DNA of 32,000 bases from Candidatus Saccharimonadota bacterium (lineage in GTDB: Bacteria; Pseudomonadota; Gammaproteobacteria; Enterobacterales; Enterobacteriaceae), in the NCBI RefSeq assembly GCF_012571795.1, contig NZ_CP046222.1, positions 300,819-332,818 of the forward strand. The letters run 5' to 3'. Below, one piece after another: positions 27,981 through 32,000 of the stretch (the first letter of the stretch is position 1; every line of letters begins with the position of its first letter). The position numbers and the translations under genes are program-made. The notes below the pieces were generated by a model, which had not been told where the DNA came from, did not search any database, and saw only the letters and a list, made by a program, of their open reading frames with translations.

Positions 27981-29870
27981 TTAATTTTTGTTAATTTTAG
28001 AATTTTTTATTATATTTACTTTATGATCTTTTTTAGTATCTAATTCTATTGCCCATTCTGGAGGACGTACTGTTTTTCTTGCCATTAAATCATTAATTTG
28101 GTTTATACCTATTGTTTCATATTTTATCAATGCATTTTTCATTTCATGTAAGATATCAATATTTTCTTTTAAAATATTCATAGCTCTATTATAATTTTCT
28201 TGAATAAAATATTTTACTTCTTGATCAATTATTTTAGCTGTTTCATCAGACATATTTTTAGATTTTGTAACAGAACGTCCTAAAAAAATTTCACCTTCTT
28301 CTTCTGAATATAATAAAGGACCTAATTTTTTAGAAAACCCCCATTGTGTAACCATATTCCTTGCAAGATTAGTAGCAACTTTTATATCATTAGATGATCC
28401 TGTAGAAACATATTCTTCACCATAAATAATTTCTTCTGCTATTCTACCACCATATAATGTAGAAATTTCGCTTTCTAATTTTTGACGATTAATACTAATA
28501 GTATCTATTTCTGGTAAAAAAAATGTTACACCTAATGCTCTGCCTCTAGGTATAATAGTTACTTTATGTATAGGATCATGACCTGGTACTAAATAACCAA
28601 TAATAGCATGTCCTGCTTCATGATATGCTGTAGCTTCTTTTTGAGCATCTGTCATAACCATTGATTTGCGTTCAATGCCCATCATAATTTTATCTTTAGC
28701 AGTTTCAAAATCTAACATAGAAACATTATTACAATTATTACGAGCAGCAAATAAGGCCGCTTCATTTACTAAATTAGCTAGATCAGCACCAGAAAATCCA
28801 GGAGTCCCACGAGCTAATATAAGAATATTAACATCAGATTTTAAAGGAATTAATTTAGTATGAATCTTTAATATTTGTTCTCTACCTTTAATATCAGGTA
28901 AACCTACAATAACTTGACGATCAAATCTACCTGGCCTTAATAAAGCAGGATCTAATACATCTGGACGATTAGTAGCTGCAATAACTATTATACTTTCATT
29001 ATTATCAAATCCATCCATTTCTACTAACATTTGGTTTAATGTTTGTTCTCTTTCATCATGACCACCACCTAATCCAGCACCTCTTTGACGTCCTACAGCA
29101 TCTATTTCATCTATAAAAATAATACATGGAGCAATTTTTTTTGCTCTATTAAAAATATCTCTAACACGTGAAGCTCCTACACCAACAAACATTTCCACAA
29201 AATCTGAACCAGAAATAATAAAAAAAGGTACTTTAGCTTCACCAGCAATAGCTTTTGCTAATAATGTTTTACCTGTTCCTGGTGGGCCAATCATTAAAAC
29301 TCCTTTAGGTATCTTGCCACCTAATTTTTGGAATTTATATGGTTCTTTTAAAAAATCTACTATTTCTTTTACTTCTTCTTTTGCTTCATCACATCCAGCT
29401 ACATCATTAAATGAAATTTTTATTTGTTCTGCTGTAAACATTTTTGCATTACTTTTACCAAAAGATAATGCTCCTTTACTACCACCTTGAATTTGTCGAA
29501 TAAAAAATATCCATACACCGATAAGTAATAACATGGGAAACCATGAAATAAAAATTGTTAATAATATGCTAGGAGATTCAGATGGTACACCAAATATTTT
29601 TACATTTTTTGTTAATAATGTTTGCAATAAATTAGGGTCATACATTGGTAAATAAGTAGTATATTTCATATGATCTCTTGTAATGACACATATCTTTCTA
29701 CCATCAATTCGTGCTTCGCTAATCTTATTTTGATTAACTTCATTAAGAAAAATTGAATAATCAATTCTTATTTTTTTTTTAATATCATGTGTATTAAAAG
29801 TCTGGAAAACAGATAAGAATATTATAGTAATTGCTAACCAGAGAATTATATTTTTTGCTATATTCTTCAA
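27981..29870 (-). CDS. ftsH: ATP-dependent zinc metalloprotease FtsH
   Basis: 629 aa vs 644 in E. coli, with very long identical runs: [17 protein letters not shown], Walker [64 protein letters not shown] and zinc site HEAGHAI. Apparent TTG start at 29870..29868, with GAGG 8 nt upstream. Confidence 0.97.
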   Translation of the reverse strand: MKNIAKNIILWLAITIIFLSVFQTFNTHDIKKKIRIDYSIFLNEVNQNKISEARIDGRKICVITRDHMKYTTYLPMYDPNLLQTLLTKNVKIFGVPSESPSILLTIFISWFPMLLLIGVWIFFIRQIQGGSKGALSFGKSNAKMFTAEQIKISFNDVAGCDEAKEEVKEIVDFLKEPYKFQKLGGKIPKGVLMIGPPGTGKTLLAKAIAGEAKVPFFIISGSDFVEMFVGVGASRVRDIFNRAKKIAPCIIFIDEIDAVGRQRGAGLGGGHDEREQTLNQMLVEMDGFDNNESIIVIAATNRPDVLDPALLRPGRFDRQVIVGLPDIKGREQILKIHTKLIPLKSDVNILILARGTPGFSGADLANLVNEAALFAARNNCNNVSMLDFETAKDKIMMGIERKSMVMTDAQKEATAYHEAGHAIIGYLVPGHDPIHKVTIIPRGRALGVTFFLPEIDTISINRQKLESEISTLYGGRIAEEIIYGEEYVSTGSSNDIKVATNLARNMVTQWGFSKKLGPLLYSEEEGEIFLGRSVTKSKNMSDETAKIIDQEVKYFIQENYNRAMNILKENIDILHEMKNALIKYETIGINQINDLMARKTVRPPEWAIELDTKKDHKVNIIKNSKINKN

Positions 29871-29915
29871 AGGAGTAACCTCACATCTGTATCTTATTAG
29901 TATAATTTGAATAAA

Positions 29916-30560
29916 TTATTGATGTTTATATCCTTTTGCAACAACATAAATTTCACAAGATTTAGATCTTGAAGCATTAGGTTTTCTAATTTTGATATTA
30001 TAAAATATGTTACATATCATGTTACATAAATATTTAAAATTATTATTGTGAAAAACTTTCATTATTAAAGTACCTTGGTATGCTAAATATATTTTACATA
30101 AATTTAATACCAATATATTTAAATTAACTGAACGTTCAGCATCTATTATTTTTATACCAGAAATATTAGGAGATATATCAGACATTATAACATGTACTTT
30201 TTTAGCATTTAATTTATTTGCCAATAGTTTTAATGTATGAGAATCAAATATATTGCCTGTAAAAAAATCTACATTATGTATATTATTCATAGGTAATATA
30301 TCACAAGCAATAACTTTCCCTGTATGACCTATTGTAGATGCCGCAAAACATGACCATCCACCAGGAGAAGAACCTAAATCAATAACATACATTCCTTTTT
30401 TAAAAATTTTATCTTGTTTATGTAATTCTGATAACTTAAACCACGAACGAGAACGAAATTTTTTTATATTAACTTGTGTTTGTTTTACATAATAATCATT
30501 AAAATGGTTTTTTAACCATGTTTTTCGTGATATATTTTTTTTTGTATTTATAAAGGTCAT
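29916..30560 (-). CDS. rlmE: 23S rRNA U2552 2'-O-ribose methyltransferase
   Basis: ORF-track ORF starts at a TTG (30575). I trimmed it to the ATG at 30560..30558. RSRSWFKLSEL / RSRAWFKLDEI; SAM site VIDLGSSPGGW / VVDLGAAPGGW; IACDILPM is identical; KVF; VRKP/IRKP...SRSKSCEIY. Lies upstream of ftsH as in E. coli. Confidence 0.93.
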   Translation of the reverse strand: MTFINTKKNISRKTWLKNHFNDYYVKQTQVNIKKFRSRSWFKLSELHKQDKIFKKGMYVIDLGSSPGGWSCFAASTIGHTGKVIACDILPMNNIHNVDFFTGNIFDSHTLKLLANKLNAKKVHVIMSDISPNISGIKIIDAERSVNLNILVLNLCKIYLAYQGTLIMKVFHNNNFKYLCNMICNIFYNIKIRKPNASRSKSCEIYVVAKGYKHQ

Positions 30561-30729
30561 ATATTTAATTAACAATTATACTATGTTATAATTGAATAAT
30601 GATTTGAATTAAATTATTATTTTAAATAAATATATCAAAAATTTTTAATAATTGCAATTCGGTATATTGAATTTTTAATAAATCATTATATAAGTCTTTA
30701 AAAAATATATTATATAGATAATATTACAT

Positions 30730-31182
30730 ATGAAAAATATAGATATTAAAATTTTAGATAAACGTATGGGGCATATATTTTCATTACCAAAATATGCTAC
30801 TTTAGGTTCTGCAGGATTAGATTTAATAGCATGTATAGATAAAACCATAATAATTAATCCTAATAAAACTAAATTATTACCAACAGGTATAGCTATATAT
30901 ATAAAAGATCCTAATATTGCTGCTGTTATTATACCACGATCAGGGTTAGGACATTATTATGGTATTATTTTAGGAAATTTAATAGGATTAATAGATTCAG
31001 ATTATCAAGGGCAATTAATGGTATCTATATGGAATAGAAATAATAATATAATACAAATATCTCCAGGATCAAAAATTGCTCAAATAATATTTTTACCAAT
31101 TTATAAAATTAAATTTAATATAGTAAAAACATTTAAAGAATCTTTAAGAGGTACTAAAGGTTTTGGTCATACAGGATTATAA
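30730..31182 (+). CDS. dut: dUTP diphosphatase
   Basis: 150 aa. [11 protein letters not shown] / YATSGSAGLDL; [29 protein letters not shown]; RGxxGFGHTG near the C-terminus. Collinear with E. coli Dut. Confidence 0.95.
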   Translation: MKNIDIKILDKRMGHIFSLPKYATLGSAGLDLIACIDKTIIINPNKTKLLPTGIAIYIKDPNIAAVIIPRSGLGHYYGIILGNLIGLIDSDYQGQLMVSIWNRNNNIIQISPGSKIAQIIFLPIYKIKFNIVKTFKESLRGTKGFGHTGL

Positions 31183-31203
31183 TAAATAATATATTCATTA
31201 TGC

Positions 31204-31252
31204 AAAAATAATATTATTATATATTTTTTATTATATAAATAATATTATTTTT
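31204..31252. terminator. long A:U-only imperfect hairpin between convergent dut and rpoC; possible weak bidirectional terminator
   Basis: By hand pairing, 31204..31218 pairs with 31238..31252 (15 bp). After a 1-nt bulge (31237), 31219..31223 pairs with 31232..31236 (5 bp). The loop is 8 nt. There is no G:C pair at all, so function is doubtful. Confidence 0.3.
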
Positions 31253-31317
31253 TATTTATATATTTATATATTTATAACAATATATTTTTTATAAAATATA
31301 GTTTGTTTATAAATTAT

Positions 31318-32000
31318 TTAATTTTTATTAGTTTTATCTATTAAATTTGCATTTAATAATTCTGTTAAATTAGCAGCTGCTTCTGTAATATTATCATAAG
31401 TTTGTTTAGACTTATTTTGTTGTCTTTGTTTTTGATGATATGCATAACCAGTACCAGCAGGAATTAATCTTCCTACAATCACATTTTCTTTTAAGCCTTT
31501 TAATTGATCATATTTACCTGCAACTGCTGATTCTGTTAAAACCCTTGTAGTTTCTTGGAATGAAGCAGCAGAAATAAAGGAAGATGTTGCTAAAGAAGCT
31601 TTAGTGATACCTAATAAATCTCTTTTGTACTTAATAATTTTTTTATTTTGATTTTTTAATTTATTATTGATAACTTTGATTTGAGATACTTCAACTTGTT
31701 CACCAATAAAAAAATCAGAATCCCCTTGATCTATAACAGTAGCTTTACGTAACATTTGTCTAATAATAACTTCTATATGTTTATCATTAATTTTTACACC
31801 TTGTAATCTATATACATCTTGTACTTCATTAATAATATAATGTGTTACTGCATTTACTCCTCGTAAGCGTAGAATATCATGTGAAGATTCAGGACCATCA
31901 GAAATAATATCACCCTTATTAACTAGTTCACCTTCAAAAACATTTAATTGACGCCATTTAGGTATCATTTCTTCATAAGTTGTTAAATTACTAGAAGAAT
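31318..32000 (-). CDS. rpoC: RNA polymerase beta-prime subunit, C-terminal 226 codons (gene continues beyond the right window edge)
   Basis: The frame stays open upstream of the ORF-track Met to the window edge (..[24 protein letters not shown]). This matches E. coli RpoC ..[19 protein letters not shown], [15 protein letters not shown], [52 protein letters not shown] and [19 protein letters not shown]. Confidence 0.96.
   Translation of the reverse strand, partial: SSSNLTTYEEMIPKWRQLNVFEGELVNKGDIISDGPESSHDILRLRGVNAVTHYIINEVQDVYRLQGVKINDKHIEVIIRQMLRKATVIDQGDSDFFIGEQVEVSQIKVINNKLKNQNKKIIKYKRDLLGITKASLATSSFISAASFQETTRVLTESAVAGKYDQLKGLKENVIVGRLIPAGTGYAYHQKQRQQNKSKQTYDNITEAAANLTELLNANLIDKTNKN

Noticed and set aside
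28666-28863. 65-aa plus-strand ORF from the ORF track.
   Set aside because: It is antisense to the conserved AAA+/protease junction of ftsH. Same reasoning as for the nusA antisense ORF.
29870-29875. AAGGAG on the plus strand in the rlmE-ftsH gap.
   Set aside because: No ATG, GTG or TTG-initiated ORF of any length follows on the plus strand. It is the complement of sequence next to the ftsH start.

Overview
Extremely AT-rich (about four-fifths A+T by eye, not computed), gene-dense segment (about 90% coding by my coordinate tally). It looks like the chromosome of a genome-reduced Enterobacterales-type gammaproteobacterium, i.e. an obligate insect endosymbiont in the Buchnera/Wigglesworthia/Blochmannia style. 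I cannot name the species from sequence alone. I call 25 protein genes (22 on the minus strand) and 5 tRNAs, all core housekeeping: rpsA(partial), aroA, serC, rodA, mrdA, holA, leuS, ybeY, miaB, tRNA-Gln/Leu/Met, glnS, fldA, ybfF, pgi, deaD, pnp, rpsO, truB, rbfA, infB, nusA, tRNA-fMet, tRNA-Leu, secG, ftsH, rlmE, dut, rpoC(partial). Gene order is a deletion-compacted mosaic of E. coli-type synteny blocks (E. coli order and protein sequences recalled from memory, not searched). Six ORF-track starts are upstream artefacts and I trimmed them (aroA, miaB, fldA, nusA, secG, rlmE). pnp and ftsH appear to start at TTG and fldA at GTG. The genetic code is standard. I found no mobile elements, CRISPR, defence or toxin loci, orphan ORFs or visibly frameshifted pseudogenes, so I do not think this window holds a novel multi-gene system. 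The items worth a second look are small-scale. (1) LeuRS keeps a full-length CP1 editing domain, but its threonine-rich editing motif is completely replaced. (2) A 28-nt motif (25/28 identical) recurs upstream of deaD and secG, with a Fur-box-like / tandem -10-like core. (3) Long in-frame poly(A) tracts occur in coding sequence, up to A14 in serC. (4) Four of five tRNAs lack an encoded CCA, and two have stem mismatches. (5) The largest spacers sit exactly where ancestral genes (cmk, nlpI, rimP, folP-glmM) are missing. (6) AU-rich inverted repeats lie between convergent genes.
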